Shown here: piece after piece, positions 1 to 8,195 of the stretch
How positions within the stretch are numbered: the stretch's first letter is position 1
Layout: every line of letters starts with the position of its first letter
Assembly (NCBI GenBank): GCA_023458355.1
Contig: JAEWZS010000041.1
Span: 1-37,970, forward strand
DNA length: 37,970 nt
DNA from: Bacillota bacterium
GTDB taxonomy: Bacteria > Bacillota > Clostridia > Christensenellales > CAG-138
Reading direction: 5' to 3'
Notes under the pieces: generated by a model
Database searches by the model: none
What the model was told of the DNA's origin: nothing
What the model saw: the letters and a program-made list of their open reading frames with translations, nothing else
Position numbers and translations under genes: made by a program

Positions 1-407
1 ATGTGAGTGCGCTCACCACACTAAACTTAGACGACCATAACCGCATTCGAACCACCGACGTGCGGCTTCTAAGGCGCCTTGTACGTGATTACAGTACCCG
101 CAACTCCCCTATGGAGCAAACGCTTTCCATGTGGCCAAGCGTGCGGCGCGGTGAGGAAACATGGATATTTCCGTTCCAGGAAAACGGCGATGCGTTTTTT
201 AACACCACGCTCGTATATGAGATTGCGGTGCTTAAAAAATATGTGTATCCGCTTTTGACGGCCATGGCACCCGAAAGTCCGCATTACGCCAGGTCGCGCG
301 AAATCGTGAAGTTTTTGAATTACTTCCTCGACGCGGATGTGGAAAATGAAATACCGCCCACGTCCATTATGCGCGAGTTTATTGGGGGTAACACGTTCTA
401 TCTATAA
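1..407 (+). CDS. Uridine kinase-family nucleoside kinase, C-terminal fragment (5' end lies outside the window)
   Basis: The frame is open from the window edge to TAA at 405-407. The motif SMWPSVRRGEETWIFPFQENGDAFFNTTLVYEIAVLKKY matches, from memory, the C-terminal region of long Udk/PRK-type kinases. Confidence 0.6.
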   Translation, partial: VSALTTLNLDDHNRIRTTDVRLLRRLVRDYSTRNSPMEQTLSMWPSVRRGEETWIFPFQENGDAFFNTTLVYEIAVLKKYVYPLLTAMAPESPHYARSREIVKFLNYFLDADVENEIPPTSIMREFIGGNTFYL

Positions 408-429
408 AGCAGGAGGAAGGGGGTATACT

Positions 430-1191
430 GTGAAATTCGTATCATGGAATGTAAACGGGCTTCGCGCCTGTGTCGCGAAAGGGTTTTCGGATTTTTTTAT
501 AGAGGCCGACGCGGATATTGTTGCGATTCAGGAAACTAAATTGCAGCCCGATCAAATCGACCTTTCGTTTGAAGGGTATGAAAGCTATTTTAACAGTGCC
601 ATTAAAAAGGGGTATTCAGGCACGGCGGTCTATACACGCATAAAGCCTTTAAGCGTTGCATTTGATTTTCCGGAGGAAGGCGAGCCTTACTTTTTTGGAG
701 AAGGCCGCGTGATTACGCTCGAATTTGAAGAATACTACTTCGTCAACGTATATACGCCAAACGCCCAGCGCGAGCTAACACGGCTTCCTTATCGAATGGA
801 GTGGGAAGACGCATTTCGCGAATATCTTTTAAACCTCAACGAGAAAAAGCCCGTGATACTGTGCGGTGACCTTAACGTTGCGCATCAGGAGATAGATATT
901 AAAAACGCCAAATCCAACCGCGGCAACGCAGGCTTTACTGATGAAGAACGCGAGAAGTTTACGGTTCTTCTCAAGAGCGGCTTTGTGGACAGCTTCCGAT
1001 ACCTCTATCCCGATCGCAAGGATGCCTATTCATGGTGGAGCTACATGGGAAATGCCCGCGAAAAGAATGTTGGCTGGCGTATCGACTATTTCGTTGTGAG
1101 TGAAAGCATTGCATGCCGAGTGAAGGAAAGCGCGATTTTCCCGGAAGTATTTGGGAGCGATCACTGCCCCGTGATGCTTGAAATCGAGTAA
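430..1191 (+). CDS. xth: Exodeoxyribonuclease III (AP endonuclease, Xth family)
   Basis: GTG start at 430 follows AGGAGGAAGGGGG (411-423). The N-terminus VKFVSWNVNGLRA and the motifs QETK, CGDLNVAH and GSDHCPV are typical of Xth/ExoA. Confidence 0.9.
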   Translation: MKFVSWNVNGLRACVAKGFSDFFIEADADIVAIQETKLQPDQIDLSFEGYESYFNSAIKKGYSGTAVYTRIKPLSVAFDFPEEGEPYFFGEGRVITLEFEEYYFVNVYTPNAQRELTRLPYRMEWEDAFREYLLNLNEKKPVILCGDLNVAHQEIDIKNAKSNRGNAGFTDEEREKFTVLLKSGFVDSFRYLYPDRKDAYSWWSYMGNAREKNVGWRIDYFVVSESIACRVKESAIFPEVFGSDHCPVMLEIE

Positions 1192-1195
1192 ACGG

Positions 1196-1570
1196 CTAAA
1201 ATACGATTGCAAGCATTTGGCTTAAAATCATAACAGGCAATGTGAGCACTGCCCATAAAAGGCTGAACTTTAAACATATTTGCCCGTAAAGGTTGAAGCG
1301 CGCGCCGGAATAATCCCACACGCCGCGCTTCATTTTTATGTTGACGATGTAACCAGCAATAAACTCTACTGCCGTGATGAGTACAGCACCTAAAATCAAC
1401 TTTACAAAAAACGGCAGCGTATAGCCCGTAAAAAGCGCATGCAGTAATAAAAACGCCGCACCACCTGCTAAGAACATGGAAAAATGGCTTCTTTTACGGT
1501 ATAGAAGCTCTATGATTACATACAGTGCACCGCCTAAGAAGTAAGCGGCAAGAATTTCCCAAATACCCAT
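1196..1570 (-). CDS. Small polytopic membrane protein (resembles the 'putative ABC-transporter type IV' / PF06541-like family)
   Basis: 124 aa with about four hydrophobic helices. The motif VWDYSGARFNLYGQICLKFSLLWAVL recalls that family. The gene is convergent with xth. Confidence 0.65.
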   Translation of the reverse strand: MGIWEILAAYFLGGALYVIIELLYRKRSHFSMFLAGGAAFLLLHALFTGYTLPFFVKLILGAVLITAVEFIAGYIVNIKMKRGVWDYSGARFNLYGQICLKFSLLWAVLTLPVMILSQMLAIVF

Positions 1571-1629
1571 ACGTTATCTATTTGCAAAAATGCTTTTTTT
1601 ATGTAGAACATGTAAATCGCAAAAAAAGG

Positions 1630-1658
1630 TTGACAACTTTCGCTTCCATGCGTATACT
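1630..1658 (+). promoter_or_regulatory. SigA-type promoter for the T-box leader
   Basis: TTGACA (1630-1635), a 17-nt spacer, then TATACT (1653-1658). Confidence 0.75.
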
Positions 1659-1664
1659 GCATTA

Positions 1665-1945
1665 AAATCGAATAATTATAAACCTTTGAAAAAGAGAAGT
1701 AGCCTGCAATGCCGAGGCAAAGAGAGCCCCTGATGGTGGAAACGGGGTCTGAAGCGGCCGGTGAATGGACTTTTGAGGGCGGTTTGAACGGAGTAATCCA
1801 AGTAGATGCCGACGGGCTCCCACCCGTTACCCACAGGGCACGCGTGATGGCGCGTGAAGCGAGCGGACGTCGTTGACGTCAATTTGGGTGGTATCGCAGA
1901 AGCAAGGCGCTTTTGTCCCATGTATGGGATGATAGCGTTTTTTTA
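1665..1945 (+). promoter_or_regulatory. T-box riboswitch leader with a tryptophan (UGG) specifier
   Basis: Stem I has AGAGAG (1721-1726) and a distal-loop GGTGGAAA (1735-1742). The specifier context is GAA-TGG-A, with TGG at 1766-1768. The T-box sequence AATTTGGGTGGTATCGC lies at 1881-1897. A terminator hairpin (GCGCT..TCCCA-tgta-TGGGA..AGCG) plus T7 run spans 1905-1945. Confidence 0.88.
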
Positions 1946-1995
1946 TTACCCTTTTGCCCATCTGCCGCCTAAATTTTATTTGGAGGAAAAACCAC

Positions 1996-2991
1996 ATGAA
2001 GAACACTTTAAAGATGCTGATTTCCCTGATCCTTACTGCAGCTTTGGCTTTTAGCCTGATCGGATGCAGCTCTTCTCCCGCCACTGGGGAGCCCCTCAAA
2101 ATAGGTGTCATCCAGTATGCCCCGCACCCGTCCTTAGATAATTGCTACGAGGGCTTTATAGAGGGCCTGGCTTCGGGCGGCTATGTGGACGGGCAAAACA
2201 TCATAATCGACTTTCAAAATGCGCAGGGCGAAATGAACAACAGCGACACAATGGCTAAAAATATGGCCATTTCCGGTTATGACATGCTTGTAGGCATCGC
2301 CACTCCGGCCGCCATGAGCGCATACGCTGCCGCAAAGGAAGGCGGCATTCCTGTGGTTTTTTCAGCTGTGAGCGATCCGGTGGCCGCCAAACTTGTTGAC
2401 AGTATGGAGAACCCCGGAAGCGGTGCAACAGGCACATCGGATGCTCTTAATTTAGAAGGGCAAATCCAAATGATACGCGCATTTTTGCCCGAAGCTAAAA
2501 CAATCGGCATACTCTACACCACTGGCGAGCCTAACTCCGTTTCAAATTTGAGAGTTTTTCGCGAGCTTGCCCCGGACTACGGATTTACGGTGGTAGAGCA
2601 GGGCATAACCGGACCCAACGAGGTGGCAACAGGTGCAGCAAGCCTTGTCAGCATGGGTGTAGACTGCATCAATAACTTTACCGACAACAACGTGGTCAAT
2701 AACCTTTCCGTGCTGCTCCATGCCGCCGACGGAGCGGGCATTCCCGTATTCGGCTCCGAGATTGAGCAGGTTAAAAACGGCTGTGTTGCCTCCGAGAGCT
2801 TGGATTATGTGGCTCTGGGTATTAAAACAGGGCAAATGGCGGCAGAAATACTCTCCGGTAAGGCCGATGTAAAGGCCATGCCCGTAGCGGTGATTACCGA
2901 TTCCGAACCTGTCTACTCCGCAAAAAGCTTAGAAAAGTATGGTATTGCCATTCCGGAAGCCTACGCTGCTGCACGAAATATTGACGACTAA
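1996..2991 (+). CDS. ABC transporter substrate-binding lipoprotein (PF04392-like; probable Trp-binding component by T-box inference)
   Basis: ATG at 1996 follows GGAGGAAAAA. The signal peptide has a lipobox, LIGC. This is the first gene after the T-box terminator. Confidence 0.85.
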   Translation: MKNTLKMLISLILTAALAFSLIGCSSSPATGEPLKIGVIQYAPHPSLDNCYEGFIEGLASGGYVDGQNIIIDFQNAQGEMNNSDTMAKNMAISGYDMLVGIATPAAMSAYAAAKEGGIPVVFSAVSDPVAAKLVDSMENPGSGATGTSDALNLEGQIQMIRAFLPEAKTIGILYTTGEPNSVSNLRVFRELAPDYGFTVVEQGITGPNEVATGAASLVSMGVDCINNFTDNNVVNNLSVLLHAADGAGIPVFGSEIEQVKNGCVASESLDYVALGIKTGQMAAEILSGKADVKAMPVAVITDSEPVYSAKSLEKYGIAIPEAYAAARNIDD

Positions 2992-3017
2992 CCAATGGTG
3001 AACAAGGAGAATGAACA

Positions 3018-3923
3018 ATGAACCAGTTTTTCGGCCTTGCCGAGAATATTCTGCAAACGGGCTGTATCTATGGCATTATGGCCATGGGTGTTTACATCAC
3101 CTATAAAATATTGGATTTTCCGGATTTGTCGGTAGACGGCACATTTCCCTTGGGAGCTTGTGTTACGGCTGCGCTTATTACCGCCGGTGTTAACCCCTAT
3201 ATAGCCTGCATAGCCGCATTTATATGCGGGGCTGCTGCCGGGTCGGTAACGGGGTTATTGCACGTTAAGCTTAAAATTACAGATCTACTCTCCGGTATTG
3301 TTATGATGACCGCCCTTATAACGGTAAATTTGGTGGCAACGGGCGGCTCTTCCATTTTGCCCTTTTACAACATGCCCACCATCTTTAACGCAGGGCCTGT
3401 GACGCTTCTGCCGGCAGCTATTTACAAACACCGGGTGGTATTAATGGTTGTCCTAATCGCCTTTATCGTAAAGCTTCTCCTTGATTGGTTCCTAAAAACA
3501 AAGCAAGGACTGCTGCTTCGGGCAGCGGGTGACAATGCCCGCTATGTCACCTACCTTGCTAAGGACCAAGGGCGGATGAAGATACTTGGTCTCGCCATCG
3601 GCAACGGCTGTACCGCGCTTTCGGGCAGTATTTACGCGCAGCAGGCTGAGAGCGCCTCCTCAGGCTCGGGGGTTGGCATGGTGGTGCTGGCTTTAGCTTC
3701 GGTTATCATAGGCGCCAATCTCTTTCGCAGGGTGCGGTTTATGAAAGCCACCACCATGGCGGTGTTTGGTGCGGTTCTCTACCAGACGTGCCTCACGATA
3801 GCCATGCAGCTTCGATTGCCTACCAATTACCTTAAGCTCTTGATGGCGGTGCTGCTTGTGGTGGCGCTTTTGTCCAACCGCCTGTCAAAAAAGGGGGGTG
3901 TTATTGATGTACCGGAGCGCTGA
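3018..3923 (+). CDS. ABC transporter permease
   Basis: 301 aa and multi-TM. AAGGAGA lies 7 nt upstream of the ATG. The gene is adjacent to the binding protein and overlaps the ATPase gene. Confidence 0.85.
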   Translation: MNQFFGLAENILQTGCIYGIMAMGVYITYKILDFPDLSVDGTFPLGACVTAALITAGVNPYIACIAAFICGAAAGSVTGLLHVKLKITDLLSGIVMMTALITVNLVATGGSSILPFYNMPTIFNAGPVTLLPAAIYKHRVVLMVVLIAFIVKLLLDWFLKTKQGLLLRAAGDNARYVTYLAKDQGRMKILGLAIGNGCTALSGSIYAQQAESASSGSGVGMVVLALASVIIGANLFRRVRFMKATTMAVFGAVLYQTCLTIAMQLRLPTNYLKLLMAVLLVVALLSNRLSKKGGVIDVPER

Positions 3924-4707
3924 ACAAAAGCCGCTTATACGGCTGGAGCAAATAAAAAAAGTATTTAACCACGGCTCTGTGAACGAGTCCGTACTCTTTA
4001 GCGACTTTAACTTTACCATCTGCGAGGGGCAGTTTATCTCTGTGGTAGGGTCAAACGGATCCGGTAAAACCACAATCCTCAACATAATCTGCGGCTCTCT
4101 ATCAATTGACGCAGGCAGGATATTTTTAGGGGAACAAGAGGTTACCTCGATGCCGGAACACAGGCGTGCGCGGCTTATAGGTCGTGTATTTCAGGATCCG
4201 GCTAGGGGTACCTGTCCCTCGCTCACTATTTTAGAGAATATGGCCTTGGCCGATAACAAGGGAAAGCGCTACGGTCTTACGCCGGGTGTAAACCGTAAAC
4301 TTCAGGACGAGTACCGCTCAAAGCTTCAGATATTGGGTATGGGGCTTGAGGATAAGCTTAAGCTGCCTGTGGGGGTTTTGTCGGGCGGACAGCGTCAGGC
4401 ATTGGCATTACTTATTGCAACCATGACCCCCATACAATTGCTGGTTCTTGATGAGCACACCGCCGCATTGGACCCAAAGAGTGCAGATACCGTCATGGAG
4501 CTTACCGATAAGGTTGTACGTGATAAGGGCGTTACGGCTATCATGGTGACCCATAATCTCCGCTTTGCGGCGGAGTACGGCAACAGGCTTGTGATGATGG
4601 ACAAGGGGCAATGTGTTATCGACACTGGTTATGAGGAGAAAAGTCGGTACAAGGTTTCTGATTTGCTTTCGGTATTTAACGAGATATCTGTGGAGTGCGG
4701 AAACTGA
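3907..4707 (+). CDS. ABC transporter ATP-binding protein
   Basis: Walker A GSNGSGKTT, signature LSGGQRQ, Walker B LLVLDEHTAALD. I chose the start at ATG 3907, which overlaps the permease 3' end. The ORF-track start at 3856 would overlap by 68 nt. Confidence 0.85.
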   Translation: MYRSAEQKPLIRLEQIKKVFNHGSVNESVLFSDFNFTICEGQFISVVGSNGSGKTTILNIICGSLSIDAGRIFLGEQEVTSMPEHRRARLIGRVFQDPARGTCPSLTILENMALADNKGKRYGLTPGVNRKLQDEYRSKLQILGMGLEDKLKLPVGVLSGGQRQALALLIATMTPIQLLVLDEHTAALDPKSADTVMELTDKVVRDKGVTAIMVTHNLRFAAEYGNRLVMMDKGQCVIDTGYEEKSRYKVSDLLSVFNEISVECGN

Positions 4708-4727
4708 TTGTGATAATCTACACCTGT

Positions 4728-4757
4728 TTGCATATACATTTATTTCCATGCTATAAT
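4728..4757 (+). promoter_or_regulatory. Extended -10 promoter upstream of the phosphodiesterase gene
   Basis: TTGCAT (4728-4733), an 18-nt spacer ending in TGc, then TATAAT (4752-4757). Confidence 0.55.
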
Positions 4758-4792
4758 GGCTAATAACCGAATAGGGAAGAGAGGTACCGCAC

Positions 4793-5521
4793 ATGGCAAC
4801 CAAAATATGGGCGCACAGGGGAGCGAGCGCATATGCGCCTGAAAACACCATTCCCGCATTTAAGATGGCGCTTGAAATGGGCGTGGACGGCATCGAACTC
4901 GATGTGCACGAGAGTTCGGACGGGAAGCTTATGGTAATTCACGACGAAACGCTGGACCGCACGTCCAACGGCAAAGGTCGGGTTGTAGATATGACCTGTC
5001 AGGAACTTAAAAAGCTGGATTTTTCAAACGGTAACGAGAAGTTTAAAAACGCACGCATACCTACGCTTCGCGAGGTGTACGGGCTTGTTAAAAACACGAA
5101 CGTTACCATTAATGTAGAAGTAAAATGCGACATAGTGATCTACTACGGCATTTGGAATAAGCTTATAGAGCTTGAGCGCGAAATGGGTATGCAGGGAAGG
5201 ATTATTTACTCCTCTTTTAACCACTATGTACTTATGAAGCTTCGCGAGGTGGACCCAAGCTGCAAGATCGGCCTTCTTTACAGCAACGGCCTTGTGGACC
5301 CGTGGGTGTATGCCAATCATCTAAAGGCAGAGGCCATCCACCCACATTACCTCGTTGCGCTCAAAGCAGAGGGGCTCATCTCGGGCTGCCGTAAGGCAGG
5401 GGTTGATGTAAACGCGTGGACGGTAAACGATAAAGACGCCATGCGCGAGCTTATCGACGCCAACATCAACGCCATCATTACAAATTACCCCGACGTGGCG
5501 CTTGAACTTTTGGGGAAATAA
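4793..5521 (+). CDS. Glycerophosphodiester phosphodiesterase (GlpQ/UgpQ family)
   Basis: The N-terminus WAHRGASAYAPENTIPAF and the motifs GIELDVH and MVIHDETLDRT are typical of GDPD domains. Confidence 0.85.
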   Translation: MATKIWAHRGASAYAPENTIPAFKMALEMGVDGIELDVHESSDGKLMVIHDETLDRTSNGKGRVVDMTCQELKKLDFSNGNEKFKNARIPTLREVYGLVKNTNVTINVEVKCDIVIYYGIWNKLIELEREMGMQGRIIYSSFNHYVLMKLREVDPSCKIGLLYSNGLVDPWVYANHLKAEAIHPHYLVALKAEGLISGCRKAGVDVNAWTVNDKDAMRELIDANINAIITNYPDVALELLGK

Positions 5522-5531
5522 ACTTCGTTTC

Positions 5532-5557
5532 AAAAAAGTGACCTGCGCCACTTTTTT
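5532..5557 (+). terminator. Weak A/T-rich hairpin after the phosphodiesterase gene
   Basis: AAAAAAGTG-acctgcgc-CACTTTTTT forms a 9-bp inverted repeat. The stem is mostly A-U, so the strength is doubtful. Confidence 0.35.
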
Positions 5558-5587
5558 GAGGTTACACGCTTTACCTAAAATGCTTCA

Positions 5588-5795
5588 CATTTCCGGGCGG
5601 TAAAGCGTGAAAGGTACGAAAGCCTACGGCTTTCATCCGTTTCGGCACGCAAGGCCATGGGCCTTGGCCCAAGAGGCTCCGGCTTTACCGGACGCGTACA
5701 TGCCGCCGAAGCCGGAAGACAGTCAAGGGGTACGCCCCTCGACAATCCCTTGGCTTTTACAGTATGCACAGGGCGGGATGAAAATCCCGCCCCTT
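5588..5795 (+). ncRNA. Candidate structured small RNA of unknown class (strand tentative)
   Basis: The 280-nt gap between convergent genes is GC-rich. Local hairpins: GAAAGCC-tac-GGCTTTC (5618-5634), CAAGGCC-atg-GGCCTTG (5650-5666) and GCGTAC/GTACGC (5694-5699 / 5730-5735). A closing helix pairs GTAAAGC (5600-5606) with GCTTTTAC (5753-5760). A terminal hairpin GGGCGGGA-tgaaaa-TCCCGCCC sits at 5771-5792. No convincing ORF is present. Confidence 0.3.
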
Positions 5796-5801
5796 CTGTG
5801 T

Positions 5802-6125
5802 TTATGCTTGTTTTCTTTTAACCAGATGCACGATAAGTGCGATTAAATTAAGTGCGGCGGTTATCGTAAGGAGTATGGTGCAAGCGGCCAATACCGCAGG
5901 GAACGTATCCTTTAGCCCGGCAATGTCGGAAAGCGTCATGCGCCTATCTATGGCAAGAAGCTGCAAATAGAGAGAACCGGAACAAGCGCATAAACTTAAG
6001 GCGCAAAAAGCAACGCCCGCGAAACCGCTTGATCGAATGCGTTTAAAAAGGCTTACAAGCGGTAGTGCCCATGCAACAATGCCCAAGAGAATGCTGAAAA
6101 AGTTCAGCCAACCGACTCCAAGCAT
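5802..6125 (-). CDS. Hypothetical small membrane protein
   Basis: 107 aa with three hydrophobic helices. GAGGG lies 8 nt upstream of the ATG. This is the last gene of the MFS-nitroreductase operon and is followed by the 5771-5792 hairpin. Confidence 0.55.
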   Translation of the reverse strand: MLGVGWLNFFSILLGIVAWALPLVSLFKRIRSSGFAGVAFCALSLCACSGSLYLQLLAIDRRMTLSDIAGLKDTFPAVLAACTILLTITAALNLIALIVHLVKRKQA

Positions 6126-6149
6126 ACCGATACCCTCAATAGTTTCCGT

Positions 6150-6704
6150 CTATTCGATTACGATAATCTTATCCATGTCCGGCTTATGCGGGGCTTTCTC
6201 TGTGTTTGCATACCCCAGAAGCACCGAGCAGCCGAACTGATAACCTTCGGGGAATTTTAGACGCTTTCTAAACTCTTCACCGCGCGTACCATCTAATACA
6301 ACGCGCGCCATGCCGCAGATGACGTTTGCAATCCCAAGTGAGGTTGCTGCAAGCGCTACGCTTTGACATAGTATGCCGCAATCTATAAGAGGTGGATCCT
6401 CTGAGGATATGGCAAATACAACCATGGCCGTTGCACCGTAGAAAGGGCTGCCTCCGCGGTCCATCATCCTTTGATAAGCGGATTTATCCTCCCACTTCGC
6501 GATAGCAGACATACCGACTGCGTCCATTTCCTCGATAAGTTTCTTATCCTTAATAACAATCACACGCCATTCTTGACGGTTCATTCCGCTCGGCGACTGC
6601 ACTGCAGCTTTGGCGATTGCCTGTAAGGCTTCTTCGGGTATTCTTTCGGGCTTGAAATCGCGGCAGGAATACCGCTTTTCAATAACGCTTAAGGTTTCGT
6701 TCAT
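6150..6704 (-). CDS. Nitroreductase family protein
   Basis: I chose the start at the internal Met (MNETLSVIEKRYSCRDF), which has GGAGAG upstream. The RYSCRDF and SPSGMNRQEWR motifs are typical of NfsB/NfnB-like nitroreductases. Confidence 0.8.
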   Translation of the reverse strand: MNETLSVIEKRYSCRDFKPERIPEEALQAIAKAAVQSPSGMNRQEWRVIVIKDKKLIEEMDAVGMSAIAKWEDKSAYQRMMDRGGSPFYGATAMVVFAISSEDPPLIDCGILCQSVALAATSLGIANVICGMARVVLDGTRGEEFRKRLKFPEGYQFGCSVLLGYANTEKAPHKPDMDKIIVIE

Positions 6705-6733
6705 ACTCTTCTCTCCTTCTTTACAAAAGATGC

Positions 6734-8023
6734 TCAATCGCCGTCTGGTGTATCAAATGCCTCAAGCTTAGATTGTAACTTTATGGGTTTGCTGTCGCCG
6801 TGGCGGGTGAGAAGCATTGTGAAAAATGACAACGCCACCATGACCGCCGCATAGGGGAACAATGTGTGGTAACCCACATGCTCAAGCAGATAGCCCGAAA
6901 GCGTGGGAGTAACAATCTGCGCTGCCATGGAGAACAGGTAGTAATAGCCTGTGTATTTACCGATGTTACCGAAGCGGCTTATCTCCACAACCATAGGGTA
7001 GCTGTTCACGTTGATGGCCGCCCATGCAGCACCTACGAGTGCAAACATGAAGTAAAGCCCGGGGTTGAATTTTTCTGCAACAATCCCGCCAAGTGCAAAG
7101 CATGCTGTTAACAGCACGACGCCGAACAAAATGGTCTTTTTACGGCCGACCTTGGTGGCAAGAAAACCTATCGGCAAATAGGCAACCACGGCACCTACGG
7201 TTGCGATCATCAAACAGGTGGATGCCTGGCCTACATCCTGCTGCCATACCTGCGTGGCGTACTTTGTGAAGGCGGTCGTCACGGCGTTATAGCCCATGAA
7301 CCAGAATAAAATCGAGAACAAAATTAAAAGAAGACTTTTGAGCATGTCCGGAGGAAGCTTTTCGGCGGTATCCGCTTGCTGCGGTTCGTCTTTCGGATCG
7401 ACGCCGTAATTGATGGCGCGCATCTCACCAACGAGCTTCTTTTCGTTGATGGTGAGCACAAGGAAAATTACCGCTACAACCATAAGCCCTGCGACGGCTA
7501 TAAACAATGCCTCATAGTCGGGCGGTATACCGTCGGAGGTGTTTTTAACAAGTAACTTCACAGCAATAAGCGTATATACGCCGCCAAGCGTACCCATGAG
7601 GTTGATGATTGCGTTTGCCTTACTGCGCAGAGGCTTGGGTGTTACGTCGGGCATCATAGCCACGGCGGGGGAGCGGTAGGTGCCCATGGAAATAAGCATC
7701 ATGCCAAGGCACACAAAAAACATGAGAAGCGAGCTTTGTGCTACTGTGATAGGCAAAAGCACCGTAAATATCACCGCTGCAGCCGTACCTACAATGATAA
7801 ACGGCATGCGCCTGCCTGCCTTGTCGGAAAACGCTCCGAACAGGGGGAGCATGAAGATGGCTAGTATGTTATCGAGCGACATGATAAAACCGGCTAGCGT
7901 GTCGCCAAGATGGAAGGTATCGCGAAGGATTAACGGCACGATGGCATCATACATCTGCCAAAATGCGCAGATGGAAAAAAAACCAAGACCTACGAGTAGC
8001 GTGCGCTTGTAATTAAGCTTCAT
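6734..8023 (-). CDS. MFS transporter (sugar/GPH- or SLC45-like)
   Basis: I chose the start at MKLNYKRTLL, with GGAGG 7 nt upstream. The protein has about 12 TM helices and the motif PLFGAFSDKAGRRMPFI between TM2 and TM3. Confidence 0.8.
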   Translation of the reverse strand: MKLNYKRTLLVGLGFFSICAFWQMYDAIVPLILRDTFHLGDTLAGFIMSLDNILAIFMLPLFGAFSDKAGRRMPFIIVGTAAAVIFTVLLPITVAQSSLLMFFVCLGMMLISMGTYRSPAVAMMPDVTPKPLRSKANAIINLMGTLGGVYTLIAVKLLVKNTSDGIPPDYEALFIAVAGLMVVAVIFLVLTINEKKLVGEMRAINYGVDPKDEPQQADTAEKLPPDMLKSLLLILFSILFWFMGYNAVTTAFTKYATQVWQQDVGQASTCLMIATVGAVVAYLPIGFLATKVGRKKTILFGVVLLTACFALGGIVAEKFNPGLYFMFALVGAAWAAINVNSYPMVVEISRFGNIGKYTGYYYLFSMAAQIVTPTLSGYLLEHVGYHTLFPYAAVMVALSFFTMLLTRHGDSKPIKLQSKLEAFDTPDGD

Positions 8024-8195
8024 GAAATACCTCCGAAATGTTTTTGATTGCATAAATGAGACAGTATGTACCATGTATTATAAAGCACAGCTCCTAAACG
8101 GCGCAAGGACGCAGCAAAGAGAATATACTTTCATCATCCTAAAAACTATACTATAATTAAGCCGTTCAGCAAATCATATAAAATGAGGCACCATC

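Noticed and set aside
5700-5729. The stretch CATGCCGCCGAAGCCGGAAGACAGTCAAGG resembles the SRP RNA domain IV core (CCGGAAGGAAGCAGCCAAGG in E. coli 4.5S).
   Set aside because: The helix-8 pairing around a GNAR tetraloop does not form. After the closing C-G pair, the next positions mismatch, and no complementary 5' strand with the conserved AGG/AGCA loops is present. It is probably chance similarity.
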